Of a stretch of 64,000 nt of DNA, positions 50,918 through 61,092 are shown piece by piece. The stretch lies in assembly GCA_029932675.1 (NCBI GenBank), contig JAOZPP010000008.1, positions 130 to 64,129 on the forward strand. The letters run 5' to 3'. Below the pieces are notes generated by a model. That model was not told the origin of the DNA. It did not search any database and was given only the letters and a program-made list of their open reading frames with translations. Each line of letters opens with the position of its first letter. Position 1 is the first letter of the stretch. Position numbers and translations under genes: made by a program. The DNA is from a bacterium (lineage in GTDB: Bacteria > SM23-81 > DAOVCL01).

Positions 50918-52640
50918 TTGCCCCCACCTTACAGACCTGTTGGCACATATTACAACCTGGCATACAGAGGAGGGGGTCGATGGCTGCTTTCCCCTCCTTA
51001 TGGTAGATCGCCGGGCAGCCGAGCTCAAGACAGAGGCCACAGTCTACACATTTATCCGGGTTGACCTTATGGATTTTGCCCTCGCGCCGTGCCTTGAGGG
51101 CACAGACTCGGCGAAAGATGAGCACCGAGGGTTCAGGGATTGCTGTCTCCTCCTTAAGGGCCTCGATGACCGCGGAAAGATCGTAGGGGTCAATAACCTT
51201 TACCCTTTCAATTCCGGCTGCTTGAGCAAGTTTGCTGTAATCCAGCCTCGCCGTCGGTTCCCCCCGTAGCGTCCTTCCCGTTCCTGGGTGATCTTGGTGG
51301 CCAGTCATTGCGGTGAACTCATTATCCAAGATACAGAGGGTTATCCCCCCCTGGTTATAGGCCACATCGATGAGGCCAGTGATCCCGGAGTGGACAAAGG
51401 TCGAATCCCCAATGGTGGCAATTATGGGTGATTCTCCCCTTCCCCTGAGCGCCTTCTCCATCCCTAAGGCATTTCCCACACTGGCTCCCATACAGACACA
51501 GGTGTCCAAGGCAGAAAGGGGGGGCAGAACAGCCAGGGTGTAGCAGCCGATATCCCCGGTGGCAGTGAGGCCCAGCTTCTTCACCCCATAATAAAAGCCC
51601 CGATGAGGGCACCCCGGGCAGAGGGCGGGGGGCCTGGACGGGAGGTCTTCTACCCTAACAGTAGCGGTGGTTCCTCCCCTATAGGCTTCCCTCAGCCGAT
51701 CCGGGTTTAGCTCCCCACAGATGGGCACCTTCTCCTTGCCTACCACATCGATGCCCATTGCCCTTATCTCCTCCTCTAAGAAGGGGTCATTTTCCTCAAT
51801 AACCCACAGCCTATCCACCATCTGGGAGAATCTCCTGACCAGCCCCTTAGGCAGCGGATGGCTCATCCCCAGTTTCAGGATTGAAGCCTGGGGAAAAGCC
51901 TCTTTGGCATACTGGTAGGAGATGCCGCTGGTAATGATCCCCAGTGATGGTTCATCCCCGGGCTCGATCCTGTTTATCTCCGTCCTTTCGCTAAATGCTT
52001 CTAACCTCTGCAACCTCTCTTCGACCAGGATATGGAGCCTCCTGGCATGGGCAGGGATCACCACCCACTTTTTTATATCCTTGATGTAAGGCTTGGCCTC
52101 TACCTCCTTCCTGGTTCCCGGTCTGACCAAGGATTTGGAATGGGAGAGCCTGGTGGTGGAGCGGATGAGAACTGGGGTGTCAAACTCCTCAGATATGTTA
52201 AAGGCTAAGCCCACAAAATCCTTTGCCTCCTGGCTGTCTGAGGGTTCTAAACAGGGGATCTTGGCAAACTTGGCATAGTTTCTGTTGTCCTGTTCGTTCT
52301 GAGAGCTGTGCATTCCGGGGTCATCTGCAGAGATGATGACAAACCCCCCGTTGACCCCGGTATAGGAGGAGGTAAAAAGGGGATCAGCGGCCACATTTAA
52401 GCCCACATGCTTCATAGCCACCAGGGAGCGGACCCCCCCAATGGAGGCCCCCATCGCCACTTCAAAGGCTACCTTTTCGTTGGGGGACCATTGGGCATCG
52501 ATCTCCGGATAACGGAGGCCGATCTCCTCCAGGATCTCCGTGCTCGGAGTTCCTGGATAGGCAGAGGCAAACTTTGCTCCCGACTCCCAGGCCCCGCGGG
52601 CAAAGGCCTCATTTCCAGAGAGGAAGAGTCTGTCGCTCAT
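50904..52640 (-). CDS. iorA: Indolepyruvate:ferredoxin oxidoreductase alpha subunit
   Basis: YPGTPSTE, MKHVGLNVAAD, CPGCPHR, GDSTF, C-terminal ferredoxin Cys motifs. Confidence 0.95.
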   Translation of the reverse strand: MSDRLFLSGNEAFARGAWESGAKFASAYPGTPSTEILEEIGLRYPEIDAQWSPNEKVAFEVAMGASIGGVRSLVAMKHVGLNVAADPLFTSSYTGVNGGFVIISADDPGMHSSQNEQDNRNYAKFAKIPCLEPSDSQEAKDFVGLAFNISEEFDTPVLIRSTTRLSHSKSLVRPGTRKEVEAKPYIKDIKKWVVIPAHARRLHILVEERLQRLEAFSERTEINRIEPGDEPSLGIITSGISYQYAKEAFPQASILKLGMSHPLPKGLVRRFSQMVDRLWVIEENDPFLEEEIRAMGIDVVGKEKVPICGELNPDRLREAYRGGTTATVRVEDLPSRPPALCPGCPHRGFYYGVKKLGLTATGDIGCYTLAVLPPLSALDTCVCMGASVGNALGMEKALRGRGESPIIATIGDSTFVHSGITGLIDVAYNQGGITLCILDNEFTAMTGHQDHPGTGRTLRGEPTARLDYSKLAQAAGIERVKVIDPYDLSAVIEALKEETAIPEPSVLIFRRVCALKARREGKIHKVNPDKCVDCGLCLELGCPAIYHKEGKAAIDPLLCMPGCNMCQQVCKVGAIEEG

Positions 52641-53107
52641 CTCTTAAAGCTGCGCGCAACCTTGCGCAGGGCACGCAGGCTCTTTTCGTCCAAAACCTCC
52701 CTCAGGGTATTTCCTGAACTGGCTTGGGGTCTACTCTCCTTGGTCCCTTCGATCAGATTCCAACCCCGCAGGCCCTTGGCCCCTAATTTACGGGCCTGAG
52801 CAAGGAGGTCCTTGTCCGAAGAGGCAACGGAGACCTTCTTCACATCTACGCTTCGGCTAACCAAATCCAGGATTAACGAGTTTACCTCCTCCCCTTTCTT
52901 GGTGAATACAACCCTCATCCCTTCTCTCCTGGGCAACCTATTTGACCCCTCCCGGGAGCTGAAGACCACCACCAGTCGGCAGCCCTTGGTCTTAGAGTAA
53001 TCTCCCAGAAGTTTGAGAAGGCGCGTTCTTGCCGATTTTGGACCCTTTGGGGAACGAGGTAGGTGGGAAAGCATAGTTTGGCCATCTACAATAACAGTTT
53101 CTTGCAT
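52637..53107 (-). CDS. YacP/Rae1-like NYN (PIN-like) protein, degenerate
   Basis: IVDG, VVVF, VVFT, SSDKDL pattern. Confidence 0.6.
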   Translation of the reverse strand: MQETVIVDGQTMLSHLPRSPKGPKSARTRLLKLLGDYSKTKGCRLVVVFSSREGSNRLPRREGMRVVFTKKGEEVNSLILDLVSRSVDVKKVSVASSDKDLLAQARKLGAKGLRGWNLIEGTKESRPQASSGNTLREVLDEKSLRALRKVARSFKR

Positions 53108-53120
53108 CTGATCTCCTCCC

Positions 53121-54608
53121 TTAAATTGGCTCCCGTAAAGGGGCTTCAGACCTCATCAGGAGGGCCTCGGTGATCGGGTAGTATTCATCGGCTGCCTCCA
53201 TCAGGTCCCTGGCCGTATTATGAGGAAAGGAAAAGACCTCAACCTTTGGTCCCATAGTCTTGAGAAGGTTTACGAGGTCAACGAAGTCCCCGTCTCCGCT
53301 GACCAACACCACCACATCGAGCTTGTCAGCCAAGCTAATCATATCAATGGCCATTCCCATATCCCAATCCCCTTTGGCCGAACCATCGGCCCTCAACCGC
53401 AAGTCCTTCCGCTTGACCTGGTAGTTTAACTGTTGGAGCATGCTCACAAAGCCTGATTGATCGCTCTCCGGGTTCTGGACCACATAAGCCTTGGCCGCTA
53501 TCAGCCTTCTATCCCTAAGGGCTGAGTGGAGGAGTTTCTGGAAGTCCAGCCGGCCATTGAACTGTTTGGCTGCGTAAAACATGTTCTGCACATCGACGAA
53601 GATGCCTACCCTCTCCCTTTCTCCCCTTCTCTTCCTCCTCACCGTTTGAGATGTCTCTATGAGGGGCTTGAGCTCAGCTATCCCTACCTTTATCCCTTTA
53701 ATCTCCCTGGCCAGGGCCTGGAGGGTCTCTTTCTCCTCATCGATTGCTTCCCTGATCCGCATGGCCTGAGATTGCAGTGCGGTGAGGGTTTCCCCTATGG
53801 CCTCCTCCACCCCTCTTTCCTTGGGTGGGGGGGAAGGGTTTTCCAGTTGATACCTTAATTTTCTGTTCTCCCTCTCCAACTTCTTAATCTGGGAGGCTAA
53901 CCTCTCCTCACGCTCCCGATCAAATTTCAGGTCCTGGATCTTTTGGGTAAGCTTGAGGACCTTTTGCTCCAACTCCCTCTTCTCGTTTTGCCAAAGGTTT
54001 CTTTCCCGGGAGAGGTCGCTGTTCTCCTTTTGGAGCTTTCTCAACCTCCCCTGAATCATCTGGAGTTTGGACTTCAGCTTAGAGATCTCCCCCTCTAAGT
54101 CCCTCTGTTTGGAGTCTGTGGGGTGGTCCCCATCCCCAGTAGAGGGGAGGTCCTCCTCAGGGAGAACTTCATCTAACCTGGCGAGGAGGTCTGGGAGGAG
54201 GCTGTTTACCTCCTGGCGGGGATCAACCGCTAAGGCGAAGAGAAGTCGGCCCACACGGTTTTCCCCCATGAGTTCAACCGGCTCTTTGAGGAGCGCTCTT
54301 ACACCGGAAGGGTCAGTATGGGCAACCTGCGAGAGGAGTGAGGAGTTGGCTTTCTTCAAAGCCTTTACTATCCGTTGGGCCGAACTCTCCATCTCATAGA
54401 AGTCCTCCACCAGATCGACCACCAGCCGCTCCGGGGGCAATGATTTTGTCCTCATCCCATCATAACTGATGCCCAAACTGTTGCATAGCTTAGCCAGCTC
54501 CTTTGGGGAGAAGGAATCGGAGATAACCAGCCAAAGCTCTGCTGGCGAAAGAAGTTCTGCCAATCGATGAATTTCAGACAACTCCTTGCTCCTGGAGAAA
54601 GGCCTCAA
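53121..54608 (-). CDS. Coiled-coil protein with C-terminal NYN (LabA/DUF88) domain
   Basis: IFVDVQN, KGDWD, LVSGDGDF; long central coiled coil. Confidence 0.8.
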   Translation of the reverse strand: MRPFSRSKELSEIHRLAELLSPAELWLVISDSFSPKELAKLCNSLGISYDGMRTKSLPPERLVVDLVEDFYEMESSAQRIVKALKKANSSLLSQVAHTDPSGVRALLKEPVELMGENRVGRLLFALAVDPRQEVNSLLPDLLARLDEVLPEEDLPSTGDGDHPTDSKQRDLEGEISKLKSKLQMIQGRLRKLQKENSDLSRERNLWQNEKRELEQKVLKLTQKIQDLKFDREREERLASQIKKLERENRKLRYQLENPSPPPKERGVEEAIGETLTALQSQAMRIREAIDEEKETLQALAREIKGIKVGIAELKPLIETSQTVRRKRRGERERVGIFVDVQNMFYAAKQFNGRLDFQKLLHSALRDRRLIAAKAYVVQNPESDQSGFVSMLQQLNYQVKRKDLRLRADGSAKGDWDMGMAIDMISLADKLDVVVLVSGDGDFVDLVNLLKTMGPKVEVFSFPHNTARDLMEAADEYYPITEALLMRSEAPLREPI

Positions 54609-54990
54609 AATGAGCCAGGGTGGGGAAGACCCTGGTGGAGAAGAACTTCACCACCCAATTTTCCCCCATTGGGGAGATAGTCCAGACAGGGACCCCTGAT
54701 TTGTAACACTCCCAAATCTCTATGGCTGTCCCTAAGCTTGCTTCTGGGAGGTAGGCGACCAAAAGGTCAGCTCTCTTGGCTTCTTCTATCATCTGCAGGA
54801 AGGTTTCCTTCCCCTTCTTACTATCGTAGTCTATAGAGTTAGGGTGTAGCTCATAGGGGCAGAATATCTCCGCTTGGGGAAATCTCTCCTTTAAGGCCCT
54901 CTTTATCCTCTCCCGGTAATCTTGCGGGTAGAGCCTCTTCCCTTTCTGAGAGCCTTGGATGATTCCGGCCAGAAAGAACCTCTTAGGCAT
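54574..54990 (-). CDS. Nucleoside 2-deoxyribosyltransferase-like protein
   Basis: FLAG, ADLLVAY, SLGTAIE. Confidence 0.65.
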   Translation of the reverse strand: MPKRFFLAGIIQGSQKGKRLYPQDYRERIKRALKERFPQAEIFCPYELHPNSIDYDSKKGKETFLQMIEEAKRADLLVAYLPEASLGTAIEIWECYKSGVPVWTISPMGENWVVKFFSTRVFPTLAHFEAFLQEQGVV

Positions 54991-56065
54991 ATTCGGCCAA
55001 ATTCTTTTCCCCTACCTCTACCCCCAAGCCCATAGTGCCCAGGAGCCGATTGGCCCCCTCTTCTATGATGATCCCCCCCCTCACCGGGCTGGAGGTCAGG
55101 TAGAGGTAACCATCGAGGTCCGCATATTTTACATTGGCCAGGGCCAGGGCGAGGTGGGTGCCGGCGGTGACCCCCACCTTAGTCTCTACCATACAACCTA
55201 CCATACACCATATCCCTGAACCCTCCAGGAGGGAGGAGATCTTGACACATTTCCTTATCCCGCCCATCTTCATCAGCTTGAGGTTAACCAGATCGCAGGC
55301 CTCCAACTGGGCTACCCTTTGGGCATCCTGGAGGCTTTTAACGCTCTCATCGGCCATAATGGGCATCCCTACACTATCCTTCACCCTCTTCATCCCCTCC
55401 AGGTCCCCCTCGGCTACCGGCTGCTCGCAGAACTCGATCCCGTAGGGTTCCATCTCCTTTAAGACAGAGATGGCCTGTTCCGGGGTATAACCTTGGTTGG
55501 CATCCACCCAAAGCTTCACCCCCTCATCCAGCTCCCTTATCCTTTTCACCTTCTCCAGGTCCTCTTCAGGGTCGAGCCCAATCTTAAGCTTCAGGGCCTT
55601 TGTCCCTTCCCTGATCAGTTCGCCCGCCTTCTTGAGGGTCTCGTTGATCCCCTTTATGCCAATTGTGATCGATGTCTCTATGGAGTCCTTGTGGCCGCCT
55701 AAGAGGTTTTTGACCTTAAGGTTTGTCCTCTTCCCTAAGATGTCAAAGAGGGCTATATCCACCGCCGCCTTTGTGGAGTTATGCCCTTCCAATTCGGCAT
55801 CTATAAGCTCCCAAAGGGCCTCGGCCTCTAAGGGGTCCCTGCCCACTAAGAGCCCCCTGATTTGGTCCAGGCCAGCAAGAACATCCTTTACCGTCTCCCC
55901 AGTTATCCTCTGGGAGGGTGAGGCTTCCCCCCACCCCACTATTCCTATATCCGTGGTAAGCTTTACCAGAACCCCCTCGTAAGAGGAAGATTCCCCGGTG
56001 GCTATTTTAAATGGGGTTTGGAGGGGGATCTTGAGGGGAAACGATTCTACTTTGGATATCTTCAT
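54983..56065 (-). CDS. Dipeptide epimerase (L-Ala-D/L-Glu epimerase family)
   Basis: KLKIG, DANQG, EQP, DES, KLMKMGG, DLD. Confidence 0.88.
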   Translation of the reverse strand: MKISKVESFPLKIPLQTPFKIATGESSSYEGVLVKLTTDIGIVGWGEASPSQRITGETVKDVLAGLDQIRGLLVGRDPLEAEALWELIDAELEGHNSTKAAVDIALFDILGKRTNLKVKNLLGGHKDSIETSITIGIKGINETLKKAGELIREGTKALKLKIGLDPEEDLEKVKRIRELDEGVKLWVDANQGYTPEQAISVLKEMEPYGIEFCEQPVAEGDLEGMKRVKDSVGMPIMADESVKSLQDAQRVAQLEACDLVNLKLMKMGGIRKCVKISSLLEGSGIWCMVGCMVETKVGVTAGTHLALALANVKYADLDGYLYLTSSPVRGGIIIEEGANRLLGTMGLGVEVGEKNLAEYA

Positions 56066-56066
56066 T

Positions 56067-56825
56067 TTACACCTCTATGGAACTTAGCTGCTCGATCAGA
56101 TCTGCTAAGGCCTTTATCATAGAGAGCCATAGTTCCTCTCCTTTTTCTTTACTGGCCTTTGTTGGATCTCCCAAAACCCCTTGGGGGGAGAGCTCCCCCA
56201 CATCAAACCCCCAGCTCACCCTTTGGGGAGAGGAGAACTCCAGATAAGGGGAGGGATATTTCACCTCTGGCTGGGGGATCTTTTCCCTTCTCACCATCTC
56301 CTCCCTGTTAGCTAAGGTAGTGGATGTCTCATACTCTCCGGCGTGAACATCGTTTCTGGTGGTGATAAGTTTCTCCCTTAAGGGGGCGACTAAGCCCCCG
56401 GATTCGATGAAGAGGACCAACCCTACCTTCTGTTTCAAGCTTTGAGCGGCAGCTCTCAGGGCTGGCTCATTACCTCCATGACCGTTTACCACCAGTAGCT
56501 TCTTTATTCCCTGAGCCCGTAGGCTCTCTCCTATCTCACAGATTAGGTTGTAGAGGGTTGGTGGGGAGATGGAGATAGTTCCCGCAAAACCCATATGGTG
56601 GTAGGACACCCCATAGGGGATGGGGGGGAGGATTAAGGGCTTTTCGCCTTTGACCAACCTTACCGCCTCTTGGGACAAGTGGTAGGCATCCCAGGAGTCG
56701 GTATCCAAAGGCAGATGGGGACCATGTTGTTCCAGGCTCCCCACGGGGAGGATGGCCAAACCTGTTCTCCTTAACCTCTCCTCTGCCTCTGGGGAGGTTA
56801 GCTCTCCTAAAAGGTTCGTCTCCAT
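56067..56825 (-). CDS. Creatininase-family amidohydrolase
   Basis: GSLEQHGPHLPLDTD, NGHGGN, HAGEYET. Confidence 0.88.
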   Translation of the reverse strand: METNLLGELTSPEAEERLRRTGLAILPVGSLEQHGPHLPLDTDSWDAYHLSQEAVRLVKGEKPLILPPIPYGVSYHHMGFAGTISISPPTLYNLICEIGESLRAQGIKKLLVVNGHGGNEPALRAAAQSLKQKVGLVLFIESGGLVAPLREKLITTRNDVHAGEYETSTTLANREEMVRREKIPQPEVKYPSPYLEFSSPQRVSWGFDVGELSPQGVLGDPTKASKEKGEELWLSMIKALADLIEQLSSIEV

Positions 56826-57040
56826 TTTATCCCATCGATTCTCTCCCAAAATGGGAATCCCTCAGGTATAAATAGGCATGGATTTTCAACCACAGTCCAG
56901 CCACAACCAAATAAAAAACGACTGGGGAAACTTTGTCAAAAAGAGAAAATCTGGCAGAATTTTGGTCATCTACCCGAATCGTTCAGGTCACATCTCAGCT
57001 TGCTGGGGTCCGCGGCTAAGCCCGCATTCCTCAGGGGGTT

Positions 57041-58033
57041 CTAATGGGCCATAGCTAAAGTTATGGCTGCCAGGTTGACCACATCATCAACGCTACAACC
57101 GCGGGAGAGGTCATTGGCTGGTTTGGAAAGCCCTTGGATTATAGGGCCTATTGCCTGTGCACCGGCTAGCCTCTGCACCAATTTGTAGGAGATATTCCCT
57201 GTGTTCAGATCTGGAAAGATGAGCACATTGGCCCTTCCTGCAACCTCGCTTTGGGGGGCTTTCTTTTGGGCCACCTGAGGGATGAGGGCGGCGTCGGCTT
57301 GCAGCTCCCCATCGAGCTTCAATTGGGGGGAAGCCTTCCGCGCCCGCTCGGTCGCTTCCTTGACCTTCTCCACCAAGCTATGTTGGGCACTCCCCTTGGT
57401 GGAAAAGGAGAGGATGGCCACCCTGGGCTCATCTCCCACAAGCTCTCTGTAGGTTTGAGCGGAGCTTATGGCAATAGAGGCAAGTTGATTGGGGGTGGGA
57501 TCGGGGACAACGGCACAGTCAGCAAAGAGGAGGGGTTTATCCTTTTCCCCTAAGAGAGAGGGGATGATCATGAGGAAGGCCCCAGAGATTACCTCTATCC
57601 CCGGTGCCAGTCCCACCACCTGCAGCCCAGCCCGCAGGGTATCTGCAGTAGGATGGGAGGCCCCAGCTACATAACCGTCTACCTCCCCCAGTCTGAGCAT
57701 CATGGCTCCAAAGAAGAGGGGTTCCTTCATCCTCTCCTTGGACTCGGAGAGGCTGATCGGCCTCTTCTTGCGCAGTTCTTGGAATCTACGCGCATACCCT
57801 TCCAAAGCCCCATCCCCTTCCGGATCCCTAATCTCTACCCCTTGCAAGTCAACTTCCAGGCTACTGGCAAGTTCCCCAATCCTTTTTCTTTCCCCCAAAA
57901 GGGTAACTTGGGCAATCCCCTGGATGGTTATCTCCCTTGCTGCCCGCAGAATCCTTTCATCGTCTGCTTCAGGAAGGACGATCTTACGCCTATTCTTCTT
58001 TGCTTTCTCCTTTATCTTTGCCAATAGCTCCAT
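57041..58033 (-). CDS. pta: Phosphate acetyltransferase
   Basis: ADCAV.PDP, SFSTKGS, DGELQADAA, NDLSRGC. Confidence 0.93.
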   Translation of the reverse strand: MELLAKIKEKAKKNRRKIVLPEADDERILRAAREITIQGIAQVTLLGERKRIGELASSLEVDLQGVEIRDPEGDGALEGYARRFQELRKKRPISLSESKERMKEPLFFGAMMLRLGEVDGYVAGASHPTADTLRAGLQVVGLAPGIEVISGAFLMIIPSLLGEKDKPLLFADCAVVPDPTPNQLASIAISSAQTYRELVGDEPRVAILSFSTKGSAQHSLVEKVKEATERARKASPQLKLDGELQADAALIPQVAQKKAPQSEVAGRANVLIFPDLNTGNISYKLVQRLAGAQAIGPIIQGLSKPANDLSRGCSVDDVVNLAAITLAMAH

Positions 58034-58037
58034 AAGT

Positions 58038-58526
58038 TCACTTCCTTCTTAGCTTCCTTTTGATTGACTCGGCTACCAATGGGGGGACGAAGGCGCTTAA
58101 CTCTCCTCCCAACTCGGCTATATTCTTCACTAAGGTTGAACTGAGGAAGGTGTAGTTTTCGCTGGGCATAAGAAAGACGGTCTCCACCTGAGGATTGAGC
58201 CGCCGGTTGGTAAGGGCCATCTGGAATTCGTATTCGAAGTCGGAAATAGCGCGCAGCCCCCTGACGATGGCTATTGCCCCTTTCCTCTGAGCATAATTGG
58301 CCAGAAGCCCTTTCAGGATTTCTACATCCACATTGTCCATCCCCTCAGTGAGTCCCTTGAGCAGATTTAACCTCTCCTTTGCCGAGAAGAAGGAGGACTT
58401 TAACGGATTTTCGGCTACCGCCACTATCAGCTTATCAAAGAGCTTACCGGCCCTCAATAATATGTCCAAATGGCCTCTGGTAGGGGGATCAAATGTCCCC
58501 GGATAGATGGCCAGCCTTAAACCCAC
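58038..58526 (-). CDS. coaD: Pantetheine-phosphate adenylyltransferase
   Basis: YPGTFDP.T.GH, RGLRAISDFEYE; GTG start after AAGGAGG. Confidence 0.93.
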   Translation of the reverse strand: MGLRLAIYPGTFDPPTRGHLDILLRAGKLFDKLIVAVAENPLKSSFFSAKERLNLLKGLTEGMDNVDVEILKGLLANYAQRKGAIAIVRGLRAISDFEYEFQMALTNRRLNPQVETVFLMPSENYTFLSSTLVKNIAELGGELSAFVPPLVAESIKRKLRRK

Positions 58527-58684
58527 GCCTCCTTGGCGCTCTCCAGGCCGGAGAACAGGGTTATCCTCAATTCCAGCCATGATTGATAGCTCTCCTCGGC
58601 CTCCAATAAAGGGGAGACCTTTCCCTCTCCGATAGTTGTGGGGAGGAAGATTTATCTCTTTGCGTCCCTCAGATTAATGGGGTT

Positions 58685-59212
58685 TCAATCCGCGCTAAAG
58701 ATGGAGACTATAGTCTCCCCAAACCTCTTTTCCTTCCAAAGGAGCCCTTTCTCAAAGGGCCAGGTATCGTGTTGGGAGTGTTCAATGATTGCTAAGCCCC
58801 TCTCCCTTAAGGGGAGCTGAGGAAACATCCCCAATTCGGAGAGGGACCCATAGGGAGGATCGGCAAAGATGAGATCAAATTTAGACCCTTCCTTATTTAT
58901 CTTCCCTATGGCTCGAATTACATCACTCTGCCATACCCTGGCTTCCAGGTCAAACCTCCGCAGGTTTTCCCTGATTAGCTCAACAGCTTCCCTTTTTTTC
59001 TCCACGAAGAGGACCTGGCTAGCCCCGCGGCTTAAGGCCTCTATTCCCAGGGAGCCGATTCCAGCATAGAGATCTAAAACTTTAGCCCCCTCCACCCTTT
59101 CCCCGATCACTGAGAAGATCCACTCCCGCACTCGTCCCAGAGTGGGCCGCACCCTCTTTCCAGGAGAGGACTTGAGCCTTGCCCCCTTTAACCTTCCCCC
59201 TATTATCCTTAC
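58685..59212 (-). CDS. rsmD: 16S rRNA m2G966 methyltransferase; start codon anomalous
   Basis: VRIIGG...RPT, LDLYAGIGSLGIEALSRGA, DPPY. Confidence 0.85.
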   Translation of the reverse strand, partial: VRIIGGRLKGARLKSSPGKRVRPTLGRVREWIFSVIGERVEGAKVLDLYAGIGSLGIEALSRGASQVLFVEKKREAVELIRENLRRFDLEARVWQSDVIRAIGKINKEGSKFDLIFADPPYGSLSELGMFPQLPLRERGLAIIEHSQHDTWPFEKGLLWKEKRFGETIVSIFSAD

Positions 59213-59218
59213 CCCACG

Positions 59219-59581
59219 CTACTCTTGCCAGCTTGGATGGCCATTCTTTATGGAACCATGGCCATTGGGGCATTCGACTACAAAATCAGTGGAGTCAGCG
59301 GTAATCTTATACTCTGCGCCATCAAGAGGACAGGTATGGGCAATGGTCTTCGGCATAAGGGGTACAAGTAGGGTAAGACTATCTGTGTAAGTCCCGCTCT
59401 GGTTGAAATACTGGAATTCCGCCCTGGAAAGAGCAACCATCTGAGAACGGCAAAGGGCCTCTATCTTCCCCTTTTCCCTCTCCTTTAGTTGGGGAACAAC
59501 CAAAACAGCGACTATTCCTGCCAGAAGGATGATAATCAGAGCTACCAGAAGGGTTAGCCCTTTCTCCTCTTTCCGGTGCAT
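59219..59581 (-). CDS. Type IV pilin/pseudopilin-like small protein
   Basis: KG|LTLLV cleavage-like motif, hydrophobic helix, CPLDG...CPNGHG; promoter TTGACA-17-TATGCT at 59698-59670. Confidence 0.6.
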   Translation of the reverse strand: MHRKEEKGLTLLVALIIILLAGIVAVLVVPQLKEREKGKIEALCRSQMVALSRAEFQYFNQSGTYTDSLTLLVPLMPKTIAHTCPLDGAEYKITADSTDFVVECPNGHGSIKNGHPSWQE

Positions 59582-59984
59582 CTTTCCCCCTTTTTAAGTA
59601 AGGTTTTCTCTTAGCAAAATTAGCCTTTGGCCTCCTCTACTAACTAACCCTAAAGTTAAATTTAGGTAAAGCATACAAATTATATTCACCCTTGTCAAGG
59701 GGAAAATGTCCCCTCTCCTTTTATTAAGGGGCATTCAAAGGGCAGGATGGTTGAAATATAATTCGTATATCCAAAGGGTCTCAAGCCTTAGCATCCCAGG
59801 TCAGTTCCCTGGTATAAGGGAGAGGTTTCGGTAAACAAGGGATGTTCACCGTTGTTTCCTGGACTTGGTGAGCTGGTAGAGATTTTCCTTGATATATGCA
59901 GGATTTAACCATATATTCCTCTCGGAAGTTGCCTCAAAGAGGAGGGGTAACCCATGAGAGCCCCTCGGAGGAGCGAATCTGATT

Positions 59985-60785
59985 ATGACCTTCCCAGGAT
60001 CAGAAGACTACGGCCCTGGTTGGTGGAGGGAGTATTACCCGGTTGTTTTTCCCCTTTGGAAACCCTGGAACCAGCCGCTGGAGGGGGAAGCGGAAAAGGT
60101 GATCGGCTTTATCCTCCAGAACGTAAATTGGGACCCGCAAGCCCCCTTCTTGGATCTGGGTTGTGGTGAGGGAAGGCATAGTCGATGGCTGGTGAGGCGA
60201 GGCCTTCAAGGTTATGCCCTCGACTTCTTTAGGGATAGGATTAGCTGGGGAGTGGAGAGGAGCAGTGCCCAGGGCCTCAGTGGTCCTGGGTTCATCCAGG
60301 CCGATATGAGGTTACCTCCCTTCAAGCATCATAGCTTTGGCCTAATCCTGCTTATGGATACCACATTTGGCATATTTGACGATCCCACTAATCTCTTGCT
60401 CCTTCAGCAGCTCTACCAACTACTTGCCCAAGGAGGAACCCTCTTTATGCAGGTGCTCAACCCCCAGTTTTGGGGAAGGGGTGAGATGGTAGTTGACCTG
60501 GGGAAGGGGAATGGATGGAGGGGGAGGCTGATGAGGCGCTACCGGTTTGATCAGGGATCTAGCCTCCTCTATGACCAATTATGGCTGGAAGGCGAAAGGG
60601 GAGAGGTGCTCCACCGCTATCCCGATCAGATATTGAGGCTCTACAGAACTGAGGAGATGGTGGCTCTCTGCCTCCAATCTGGCTTTCAGAAGGTCAAATT
60701 CTGCTCTGCTGCGGATTGGGGGCCACCGGATTCCCTCTATGAATTCCACCCAGACAGCCCAGAATATTATGTGTTTGCCCAATAG
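59985..60785 (+). CDS. Class I SAM-dependent methyltransferase
   Basis: LDLGCGEGRH, ADMR. Confidence 0.85.
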   Translation: MTFPGSEDYGPGWWREYYPVVFPLWKPWNQPLEGEAEKVIGFILQNVNWDPQAPFLDLGCGEGRHSRWLVRRGLQGYALDFFRDRISWGVERSSAQGLSGPGFIQADMRLPPFKHHSFGLILLMDTTFGIFDDPTNLLLLQQLYQLLAQGGTLFMQVLNPQFWGRGEMVVDLGKGNGWRGRLMRRYRFDQGSSLLYDQLWLEGERGEVLHRYPDQILRLYRTEEMVALCLQSGFQKVKFCSAADWGPPDSLYEFHPDSPEYYVFAQ

Positions 60786-61092
60786 AGAAATGCTTACCCC
60801 CCTGAGAATGCATCCTTTAAAGTGACAATTTACCAGGAAATCTGATGGGATGGACCGTAATCAATGGCAAATTAGCAATTAGGAACTTGGTGCTCTGCGG
60901 GCAAGCTATATGGGCCGCAGATGAGCGGGATTTCTAATTTAAGTTGAGGGTGATTGGAGGAGAGATTTGTAGGAAGAGCCATTTATATCTCTCCCTCTAT
61001 GGAGAAGCAACCATAAGACCTAAAGGTTTGCGGCTACTTAATTTTCAATCTTTTTGCAGTAGAACCATTGATCATTACTAAAGGAGGGGACT

